Source of the DNA: Lama guanicoe
Taxonomy: Eukaryota
NCBI GenBank assembly: GCA_013239625.1
Contig: MU053652.1
Span: 5,385,902 to 5,449,901 of the forward strand
Length of the DNA stretch: 64,000 bases
Direction of reading: 5' to 3'
The position numbers and the translations under genes are program-made. Positions 53,755 through 64,000 of this stretch are shown one piece after another. The notes beneath the pieces are model-generated. The model saw only the letters and a program-made list of their open reading frames with translations, was not told where the DNA came from and did not search any database. Position 1 is the first letter of the stretch. Each line of letters begins with the position of its first letter.

Positions 53755-54150
53755 TGTCATTTAACAAATGCTCATCAGGCATGGTCCTGAATGCTGAGAT
53801 ACAGTGATGAGTATTAAAGATTATCTTCTCTGGCCTTTTAGAGGTTCCAGTTTAATGGGGATACAGACAAGTAACTAATTATAAGATGGCGGGATAATAT
53901 AGATATATAAGGTGCTCTGGGAATATAGGGGATGAATTCTTAACAAAAAAAACAGGAGGGTTCTGAGAAGGCTTCTTGGAGGAAGTGACATCTAACCTGG
54001 AATCTGAAGGATTACTAGAAATAAGCCAGACCAGGGAAATGGGAGAATGTTATAGGCAGAGAGAAAAAAACATAGGTGAAGTCCTGAAAGGTGAGTGAGA
54101 GAAAATTTGGTGAATCCAAGGACCTAAAGGAAATTTGGTATGCCTGGGTC
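53755..54150 (-). mobile_element. L2 LINE fragment in ZNF800 intron 3
   Basis: CATTTAACAAATG, GAAGGCTTCTTGGAGGAAGTGACATCTAA motifs. Confidence 0.6.
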
Positions 54151-55208
54151 AGCACAACTGTTTGTATGTGTGCATGTGTGTAGGTGGCATGAGGGTGGTG
54201 CAGCATTTGTGATTGATGATTAAGGTTGATTAGTCAAGATTAGAGCCAATTTTTTTTGGATGCTTATTGGAAATAAATATACACTCTTTACTGAATATAA
54301 CTAACTCTGTAACTAAGACTAAATGAGAAATTGGTACTGTTTTTGTTTTCTTATGATTGATTAAGAGAACCTGATATGTTTGATTTAGGGATGCAGTCTT
54401 AAATTTTTACAAGTAACTTTTTTATGTGTAACTTCATGTTATAATTTCTATTTAGATCTTAGTAGAATTCTTAAGTTAAACCAAGTTCAGGTTGTTTCCG
54501 TGTCCCTTTTCAGTCCTTTTAAACTATCTTTAAAGGCAGAATTAAATTGTAGAATCGGTCTAACTGGTCTTTCAATTTAGAATTAAAGTGTGCAAAATTT
54601 TCGTATGTTTTCTTCCATCTGGTAATGCACCGACCTACACTTACTGAGAACTATATGTAGGTCAGTTAGAGAGGTTCATCTAAAGTATTTTTTATCATCA
54701 GCTTATCTCTCATAGTTTGTGAGTCACTTACGAGGTTAACTGTAAACTAAATATATTAGCAGTTTATTGCCAGTGTATTTGGTAATGCGAAATGGACTAC
54801 GAGGAAATGTATGTGAACGTACTTTTATATAAAGAATAATACCTAAGTTATCATCTGAATTTTTAAATTTTTAAAAATTTACGTTTTCTGATTTTGTAGT
54901 AATATGATCTAGTGGTTCAAACCTTGAATTGGATTTAGGGAAATTATTTCATTATTTATATATATTTTTTCTCAGTAGAAACCTGGATGTATAATTTAAT
55001 TCTTCTGGAATTTAGATTCACATTTTCTTTCATAATTCTCCAAGATAAATTTGGTTTGGTTTGTTTGTTTAAGATGGATAAACCGAAGTGCAAAGATTGT
55101 ATAGCTCTTTAAGGTCACACAACTAGATAATATCAGAATTGGAATCTCTAAAGACTTAGGAAAGTTCTGATAACCTGATAATCTTTTTGCAGTAGAATTT
55201 TGAGGGCT

Positions 55209-55289
55209 AGGGGGAGAGGATATAGCTCAGTAGTGGAGCGTGTGCTTAGCGGACGTTCAATCCCTAGGAACTCCATTAAGGAAAAAAAA
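55209..55289 (+). mobile_element. Internally deleted tRNA-derived SINE in ZNF800 intron 3
   Basis: GGGGGAGAGGATATAGCTCAGTAGTGGAGC...GTTCAATCCC + A tail; 15-bp TSD agaatt(t/c)tgagggct at 55194-55208 and 55290-55304. Confidence 0.85.
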
Positions 55290-56612
55290 AGAATTCTGAG
55301 GGCTGACCTGTCTTCAAAATGATGATAAAATGGAAAATGGTGGTTAATACAAAAATTAAATGTAAACAGATTGCAAAAGATTGAATCAGAAATATTTAAC
55401 TTTTATGTACCCTACAATACTAATTATGCTACTGAGATTGAGTTTATTCTCTAGTAGTCCCAGAGTTTAGTAGTCTAATGCTTGTTGAATGGTGGAACAC
55501 GGTGCACCTAGCCTTAAAGGTGTTTTTCAAGACACTTGTTTTTTTCCTCTTTAATTTTTTTTCCTCTCTAAGTCAGTATTAATCATTTTTTTACAAGGCT
55601 CATTGATTAGTTCACAGTGCAGATCAATTTTGTTAGTTTACCTGTGTCAAAGACTGTAGGAAGTAGTGACAGAAGACCTTCCATTAGTGTTTTATTCCTG
55701 GTAGATGTTTTTATTTTAAAGATTTTTAAAGAGTACTTGTTACCATTTATTTTTTCTCTGCCTTTTGATCTACTGTCATAATGCTCAGATTCCCTTGATC
55801 AGTGTCATTTCTTCAACGAATATTTATCGAGCATTGTTAGAGCTGAACACTTTGTAGCTGTAAATAAGACAGGCTTGGTCTTGGCTGCTTTGGAGTTTAT
55901 GATCTAGTTGAGAAGACAGGCTTTAAACTAGTAATTATATCAATATTAATTGCAATTAGGGTGAGAGAGAAAGGCTTTGAATAAATTTCTAGTGGTATTA
56001 AGAGGCCTAAGCAAAATTCAAAACCATGGACAAGGATTCTCTGTTATCACACTAAATGGCTATAATCCCATGTTGGCCCAGAACCTGAAGTAATGTGAGC
56101 TAATTTAAAAGGAAAGTCACAGACAATCCTGTGGCACAGTTGTGACCTTCTTTAAGAAATCAAGGGAAATGTATTACTTCGTGTTCACTTCTTAATGCAA
56201 AAGAGAGCTGGAAGAACCAGACCAAAACTTCAGTGAGGGTGGCATTTAATTCTTCTCCCCCACTCCAGGTTTATTGAATCAGAACCTCCAGGAGTGGATC
56301 TTGTACATCTTTATTCCCAGGTCATTGTGATGATCAACCAGGTGTTGGAACCATTGTTAAGATATCCCAGGAATTGATGGCTCCTGAATTAGAAAAAGAC
56401 CACTAATTTCAGCTGTCCTAATACCCAAATGATAGTAGGATTTTGCTTAGAACTTAGCTTGTAACTTAGTTCTGAGTATAGCGTGGTAGAAATTGCAGTG
56501 TCTGTATTTGTTTTTGAAGATTGTTTTTGGATTGTCAACAGTAGTTACCCATTTTAAAAGTACATGTTAGAGTTACCTTTTGTGTTAAATTTTCTTTTCT
56601 TTTTTCCCTCAG

Positions 56613-56756
56613 GAACTAAACAACTTAAACATATTTTATTAAAAGATGTGGATACTATTTTTGAATGTAAATTATGCCGCAGTCTCTTCAGAGGATTACC
56701 AAATTTAATCACCCATAAAAAATTCTACTGCCCACCAAGTCTCCAGATGGATGACA
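56613..56756 (+). CDS. ZNF800: ZNF800 exon 4 (144 nt), encodes the first zinc finger [22 protein letters not shown]
   Basis: Long pyrimidine tract + ccctcAG ends 56612; donor ACA|gtaagt at 56757; phase 1-1; lies within ORF 56564..56857. Confidence 0.96.
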
Positions 56757-58858
56757 GTAAGTTTTCTTCATATATTCAGTTATGCATTTTACTGTGTATT
56801 TTTATACTACAACTACGCATTTGTGTTAAAATGGTATTGGTACCTAGTTACAGATAATTTAGTGATGGAGAATAAAGTAAAATTCTTGACTCAATATTAC
56901 ATTCAGTTTCTTAAATATTTTCATATTAGTGTTTTTCATTTGGATTTTACTAAAGACATGTAAGATTAGATTTATAAGTATATTTATTTGTATTAAAATA
57001 TTGGATATTGGTTTTGAATGTTTATATGAATGTAACAACTTGTTGCCAAATATGACTCATTATTTACTTAGATTCTCCTTAAGTAAATGAGAAGGTTTAA
57101 AATAGAGCAAAGGATGAGTAAATGAGTTAGTTTGGAGGGAACTGCAGAGAACATTAAAAAATATTTGTTATTCTTTCTAGTGTTTTCTGGGTCTTGATTT
57201 GAAGATCAGTTTTATTCTCAGTGAAATGTCTTAGATAAATCATTTTATTAGAAATTAGTTTGTGTTAGCTTGAGATCTGAAGGCAGGTAGTAGGCTAACA
57301 AAAATCTTTTTGGAACCAAGTGTATGCTGAATTAAGTGTATGGTCTCTGTATGATTAAGTTCAGTATATGTAATGTATTATTTTCTTGCTTTAAAGAACT
57401 AGTGTAAATTCCTTAACATACTGTAATAAGTAGTGGGTTACTTTCATTATTTCTTGTTCAGGGATTTAACTCTTTGTGGACTTACAAAATATAGTACTTA
57501 TTTTGTCATTTTGATATTACAGTTGCATTGTGGATTTTGTGCATTTTTAAACTTAACCTTTTTGGGATGAGAATGGAATGCAAAACCTCAAATATCAAAA
57601 GCACTGCTTTAGTTATTAGCATGAAACTGATTTAAAGTATATTGCAGGACATAGATGAAACAAAAATTTCATATTTGTCTGGAAACTTTTCCTACCACTG
57701 TTAGATCTTAACTGTACTTATTTTTATCCTTGAGATACAAATGAAAAGGCAGTCTATAGAGATTAGTTTCAAATCTAACATCCTAATTAAAGAACTAATA
57801 GGAAGTTAGTTCATTTTCTAGTAGTTGTTTTTTAGTGTGGACTGAAGTTTAGTTGAATTGTAGAGGGAGGGAGATAAGTGAATGGATTTGCTGGATTATT
57901 GTGAACTCTTCTTTGCAATACTCATTCTAGAAATACTTTTATGAAAGAGTTCTTCTTCTTATAGACACTACTTCATCTATTAAAAAGAAAGATGAGTAGA
58001 CTAGTAGAGCTGTAATTAGTCATTTCTTGATTTCTAAGTAGATGTCAGATTTTTTGATGCTGTATTTATAGCTAGGTTTTAGCATTGTATTTAGAAACAT
58101 AACCAGTGTTAGACAACTGTTACAACAGGAATATTAGGTTGCTTAGAGGGTGTAATTATTGCACAAGTAAATAAAACTAGCTTTGTTTTTGGAATAAATC
58201 TAGTTTTTAATCATTTGTTATAATAAAATTGTGCCCTGCTAAGAAGGCATGTAATAGGACTGAGTTAAGCAGACACTTCTGTACATGACGATCATGTGAT
58301 TCATGTTTACACATTTTTCCTGTAAATCTTTCTTTATCATTTCCTGTAAGATGTTCAGATGTCCCTATACAATTATACTAGATTATTCATTATGGATTAA
58401 GTTAATAGGAATGCTATTATGTTTTCTAAAAAAATTATTTTTACATGCAGTAACATTTTTCATGATTTTTTTTCATCTTGAGTTCTGAGAACCTTGATTT
58501 GCCTTTGCTAGCCTAAAAAGTTTGGACTGAAAATATGAAAATGTTATTGTTTAGGATACCCAGGTGCCTAAGTATTTTATATTAAAGGCCTTTAGATTAG
58601 ACTTAGCTCTCCAGATTGCATCTGTTTCTTAACATTTGTGTACCATGATGAGATTTTAAATTAAAGCACATTTTGGTTTAATTAATACTAGTTTTTAGCC
58701 TCATAAAGTACTGAAAAGTAGACAATGCACGTATAAAAATAAGTGCAAATCAGTAATATAATAAATTTTAAGACAGAGGTTCATAATACATTTAAAAGTA
58801 TTAGAGAGCTAGAGCAGGCTAATTATTTCAGATTAAAATGTTGTTTTTTCCTTAACAG

Positions 58859-60551
58859 ACCTTCCTGATGTAAATGATAAACAAAGCCAAGCCATAAACG
58901 ATCTCCTAGAAGCCATATATCCAAGTGTGGACAAGCGAGAATATATCATTAAGCTAGAACCCATAGAAACTAATCAAAATGCAGTGTTTCAATATATTTC
59001 AAGGACTGATAATCCTACTGAAGTCACAGAGTCAAGCAGTACTCCTGAGCAGACTGAAGTTCAAATACAAGAAAGTAGTACTGAACAGTCTAAAACAGCT
59101 CCAGTTACAGACACAGAGGTGGAAACTGTAGAGCCCCCTCCCGTTGAGATTGTTGCAGATGAAGTTGCACCTCCACCTGATGAACAACCTCAGGAATCAC
59201 AGGCTGACTTGGAAACGTCTGACAATTCTGATTTTGGTCACCAGTTGATATGTTGTCTTTGTAGAAAAGAATTCAATTCCAGACGAGGTGTTCGTCGTCA
59301 CATTCGAAAAGTACACAAGAAAAAGATGGAAGAACTAAAAAAGTACATTGAAACACGAAAGAATCCAAACCAGTCCTCTAAAGGACGCAGTAAGAATGTT
59401 CTAGTTCCATTAAGTAGGAGTTGTCCAGTATGTTGTAAATCATTTGCTACAAAAGCGAATGTAAGGAGGCATTTTGATGAAGTTCATAGAGGACTAAGGA
59501 GGGATTCAATTACTCCTGATATAGCAACAAAGCCTGGGCAACCTTTGTTCCTGGATTCTGTTTCTCCTAAAAAATCTTTTAAGACTCGAAAACAAAAGTC
59601 GTCTTCAAAGGCTGAATACAATTTAACTGCATGCAAATGCCTTCTTTGCAAGAGGAAATATAGTTCACAAATAATGCTTAAAAGACATATGCAAATTGTC
59701 CACAAGATAACTCTTTCTGGAACAAACTCTAAAAGAGAGAAAGGCCCCAATAATACTGCCAACAGTTCAGAAATAAAAGTTAAAGTTGAACCAGCAGATT
59801 CTGTAGAATCTTCACCCCCTTCCATTACCCATTCTCCACAGAATGAATTAAAGGGAACAAATCATTCAAATGAAAAAAAGAACACACCGGCAGCACAGAA
59901 AAATAAAGTTAAACAAGACTCTGAAAGCCCTAAATCAACTAGTCCGTCTGCTGCAGGTGGCCAGCAGAAAACCAGGAAACCAAAACTTTCAGCTGGCTTT
60001 GACTTTAAGCAACTTTACTGTAAACTTTGTAAACGTCAGTTTACTTCCAAACAGAACTTGACTAAACACATTGAATTGCACACAGATGGGAATAACATTT
60101 ACGTTAAATTCTACAAATGTCCTCTTTGCACTTACGAAACTCGTCGGAAGCGTGATGTGATACGACATATAACTGTGGTTCATAAAAAGTCATCCCGTTA
60201 TCTTGGGAAAATAACAGCCAGTTTAGAGATCAGAGCTATAAAAAAGCCCATTGATTTTGTTCTCAATAAAGTGGCAAAAAGAGGCCCTTCGAGGGATGAA
60301 GCAAAACATAGTGATTCAAAACATGATGGCACTTCTGACTCTCCTAGTAAAAAGTATGAAGTAGCTGACGTTGGTATTGAAGTAAAAGTCACAAAAAACT
60401 TTTCTCTTCACAGATGCAATAAATGTGGAAAGGCATTTGCCAAAAAGACTTATCTTGAACATCATAAGAAAACTCATAAGGCAAATGCTTCCAATTCACC
60501 TGAAGGAAACAAAACCAAAGGCCGAAGTACAAGATCTAAGGCTCTTGTCTG
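58859..60551 (+). CDS. ZNF800: ZNF800 exon 5 (1693 nt): acidic region and six dispersed C2H2 fingers, ends KALV + TG
   Basis: Acceptor ttttttccttaacAG ends 58858; contains the 542-aa ORF 58927..60555 with C-x2-C-x12-H-x3/4-H motifs; donor CTG|gtgagg at 60552. Confidence 0.97.
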
Positions 60552-61767
60552 GTGAGGAACAGTTACAGAGTTTTGCTTTTTTCCCCCCATCGAACTAAAA
60601 AAATCATTTGACCATAATTTATAGCTGGTTCCATTTTAACACGTTTGCTTCCATATATCTTATGGCAGTGGGAACTGCAAGAGTGATGTGCATATTGCAT
60701 TTACCTCTTCAGTGACCTTTATTCCAGTGGCTTGGGAACAAAAGTTAACTGCAGAACTTATCTTCCACAGGACGATGCAATGTAGTTATAGGTAGATGGC
60801 ACAGGGTCAGTGCTTTCCTCTCAATGTTGTAAAATACATACATTTATATTGGCTTATGTTTACAATAGAAGTCTTCTGTTTAACTAACTTTGCACAGGTT
60901 TAATTTGATTCAGTGACTTAGTCTACTAATTAACGCATTGTAGGAAAGTTAAATATACTAGAATGAATTTGTGAAGGTGATAATTATAGGAAAAAAGTAT
61001 TTTGAGGCACTGTAATTATTGTAAAAATTAATCTGTGACAGCTAAATAAAGTGCTGCACTCAGAAAAAAAATCCCCAAATTGAATTTAGAATGATTAGCA
61101 TTTATTATTTACGTTTAACATAGTGCTTCCAGGCAAAAGGGGAAACTTGATAAAAGTTTGGATTTTTTTTCATTCTCCTTGGGAGTATGTGTTAGTTACT
61201 GTTTTTAGTTTTGATCTATGGAAAAAGTGATTATTTAGGTCCCAAATCCTCTTATTTTTACCTTTTTGTTTAAATAAACTTTTGGTGATCATTTCAACAT
61301 AGTGAATATTATTAAGTAGGGTTTTTTTTTTTTTTTGTGGTTGTGTGTTGCAAGAAAAGTAAATTCCCTATAGGGAAGAAAGAAAAAAGTACTACTTTTT
61401 TTTAGAGGGTTTTGGAACAAATATAGATTTTTAAAATGCAATATAAAATAAAGAGTAGACCCCCTGTACTTGTTTTTGCAAGTCTCTCTATATTTTTAAA
61501 GTTTACCTTCAGTACCTGTGTCCCTTGTATTAAGGCATTTAATATATTTAACTAGTTCTTAGTTTTGGATTCAGGTTCTAAAGCAATATACTTAGTTTGA
61601 ATGCTAAGCAGGTTAAATGTCGTGGTTTGATTATCACACAGTTTTTTATTTGTGTGGAAAACTTGAGATGAAACCGTCTTTTAGAAGTCATTTACTATTG
61701 TATAATTTTAAAAACAAGGTTTTATTGGTAAACTCAAAAGTGTTCATTTATTCCCATTTCTCCTCAG

Positions 61768-63220
61768 ATAACTTCAAGTGATGTACGGAAAGGTTTGGAG
61801 TTCATTTTTGTGGAAAGACTTTAAATTGGTGTTAGAACCACTAAACATCTTCAAATGGTACTATGAGGAAAAAAAGAAAAAATTTTGATAAATATTTGAC
61901 TGTAACTGCTGTTTTCTGACTAAAATAATAACCATCTAACCACTTGTTTCTAAGGCACTGCCTCTTCCAGCACTTTCAGGTAGCTGTCACATTACACATT
62001 GTCATCACAGTCCATCAGCTAACCACCCTTGTGTATTTGGTCTGCAGTTTCTGCAAAAATGTTGCAAACTTTGTTTTCCAAACAATTTGTTGATTAAAGC
62101 GATCAACAACCTGAAGAAAATATCACCACTGGTGATTTTTAATTAACAAAGACTTTTTATCTTAGTGATTTTAGTTTTGTTCCACTTTCTTTGGCAAAGT
62201 TTTTGTCTGGATTGTACGATATATAATTTCCTAGTGAGTGTTAGGACCAAAAGACAAATTAATATCAACATATAAATATTTAGGCTACTGAATATTTGTA
62301 ATTATTTTTACATCCATTTATTTCTAACTTGTTCTCCAGCACTTAAGTGTTTGAAAGTTTCATTCTTAAATATATAGTACAGGAAAGTTCCAGTTCATTT
62401 TCATCCATGAATCATCACATTTTTCATTTGTAAACATCTGAGGTTTTTCTGAAAATTAAACATTCCCCTATTTTTCTTTAAATTTTATACAAAGCACTTT
62501 AATGATAGATGCAACTTAATTTTTCAGCTTTTTTTTTTAAAGACCACACACTTACTAAGGTTAATATGAAGGTAGTAAATAGCTTACTGATATTTTATGG
62601 ATACAGACAATCCCTGCACAACCACTTATAATACTTTAAATATTGCTAAAAAAGGAAGATGGGGGTGTAAACCCTGATTTTTTTTTTCTCCCAAGTAAAA
62701 TCTTAAATGACCACTTTAGATAATATTTGATTCCTACTGTAAAATTTGGAAAATAATGAATTTTTGTCCATTTTTGTAATCAAGATTTTAGGGAAAACAG
62801 AAGTACATCTATCTTTAATGAAATATTGGGCAGGTTTTTGTGTATCAATATTTTGTACTTTTTAGGTAGTATTTTATTTTTTAGTAATTTTTTGTCAAAT
62901 TATAATTTTAAAAGGTACAGCAGAGAATATACCATGCTTTTTATATAGGTTCACACCTGTACTTAGGAGGGACCCTGTCCATCTATATACTTTTTGTATA
63001 AAATTTTAAAATGTTGAAGATCCACAAGGTCATAATAAAATGCTTCTATAGCTAGAAAAACATTTACTCTTCCCAGTGCTTTGCACTAAAATATACTGTG
63101 AAAGGAAACTAGAAAGACTGTAACTGTTGCTGGAAATGTTCTATATTGAATGTACATGCTCTTGTTGGAAAAATGTACTATATGTGATGGAAATAAACCC
63201 GACTCAAAGTTATTTCAGCT
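61768..63220 (+). other. ZNF800: ZNF800 terminal exon: final A of the split TGA stop, then 3' UTR
   Basis: Acceptor ttcccatttctcctcAG ends 61767; the first base A completes TG+A; CDS 61+96+144+1693+1 = 1995 nt, consistent with the 664-aa length I recall for ZNF800. AT-rich, no recognisable repeats. The 3' end is approximate. Confidence 0.85.
63192..63197 (+). terminator. Probable main polyadenylation signal AATAAA of ZNF800
   Basis: AATAAA preceded by TGTA motifs (63151, 63174) and followed by T/GT-rich sequence; a second AATAAA lies at ~63034. Confidence 0.7.
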
Positions 63221-64000
63221 AAATGTGCTTCAACAAAGGTGCATTGGTTGAAACTTAAATGTTTTATTATCAAATTTAAATTTATTCAGTGACTATGAGC
63301 AGCTCCACTTGAATTTTATCCTGATAGTTGTATTTTTAAGAATTAGAGTGATAATTTCTCTTTAATTTAAAAACAGATTTATTTTTCCACATATGGAAAA
63401 CTTATACTTAATAGGTCTAACTTTAATGATTAATAGCTTAATATTTTTAGGGAACTAAATGTGTAGGTGTTATTTCATTTATAAACCATCTTCATTAGTT
63501 GCACATTATTAAACCTGTATGTTTGACTCTTGCAAGGTGTTATCTTTTATGCATTCCTTCACGCAAGACATATTCCGAAAATAGTTTCCTTAAGTACCTA
63601 TAACAAGTGGAAAGTTACGAGGATTCCTAAAAAGCTAAGGGTAGTTCCTTGCTGCAGCTTCTCATCTGTTTGTCAGCCTTTTCCTTTTTGCTTTACTTGT
63701 TAAATACTGTAGGGGAGAAAGAGAAATGGCCTGATGTTGGTGGAGGAGAGCCCAGTTGCTGGAATTCTCTCACTCACCTGTGTCCACGGGCACATTCACA
63801 GTTTGTCTCCTCTGTCATAACTTTAGGGCCACAGAGAAGGAATTTAGGAGGTGGAATTGAGGGTTCCAAGCACTGTAAAAGATTAATCAGGGTCATAGAG
63901 AGAGAAACAGCACTATGTCAGGACTTGTCTCAGAAAGGGCCTAGAGGGAATATTTTAATCATAGTAGCCAAATTAATGGATTATGGCAGATGTAAGAGTT

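Noticed and set aside
59484..60392. Antisense ORFs over exon 5
   Set aside because: Shadow ORFs of the coding strand.
58927..60555. 542-aa ORF as a complete single-exon gene
   Set aside because: It starts at a GTG inside exon 5; the true frame begins at 43225 through three upstream exons.

Overview
Mammalian genomic DNA, most likely a camelid, inferred from five tRNA-derived SINE copies of the vic-1 type. Positions 1 to ~41.3 kb are intergenic and repeat-rich (L1, L2, MIR, MLT1 solo LTRs, hAT-type DNA transposons, SINEs); I cannot support a protein-coding gene there. A CpG-island promoter at ~41.8-43.0 kb drives the complete ZNF800 gene on the + strand: a non-coding exon 1, then coding exons 43225-43285, 48145-48240, 56613-56756 and 58859-60551, plus one base at 61768. 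These sum to 1995 nt = 664 aa + stop, and the 3' UTR runs to ~63220. The most unusual features are: (i) the TGA stop codon is split TG|A by the last intron, while that intron carries its own immediate stop and poly(A) signals, a possible 3'-UTR switch; (ii) the first zinc finger is a FOG-like CCHC finger on a frame-preserving exon; (iii) a 6-codon uORF; (iv) multiple miR-140-5p and miR-17/19/130-family seed matches; (v) a probable SINE-L1 chimeric retroposon. I found no convincing wholly novel biological system. Repeat subfamily names are from recalled consensus sequences and need RepeatMasker/Dfam confirmation.
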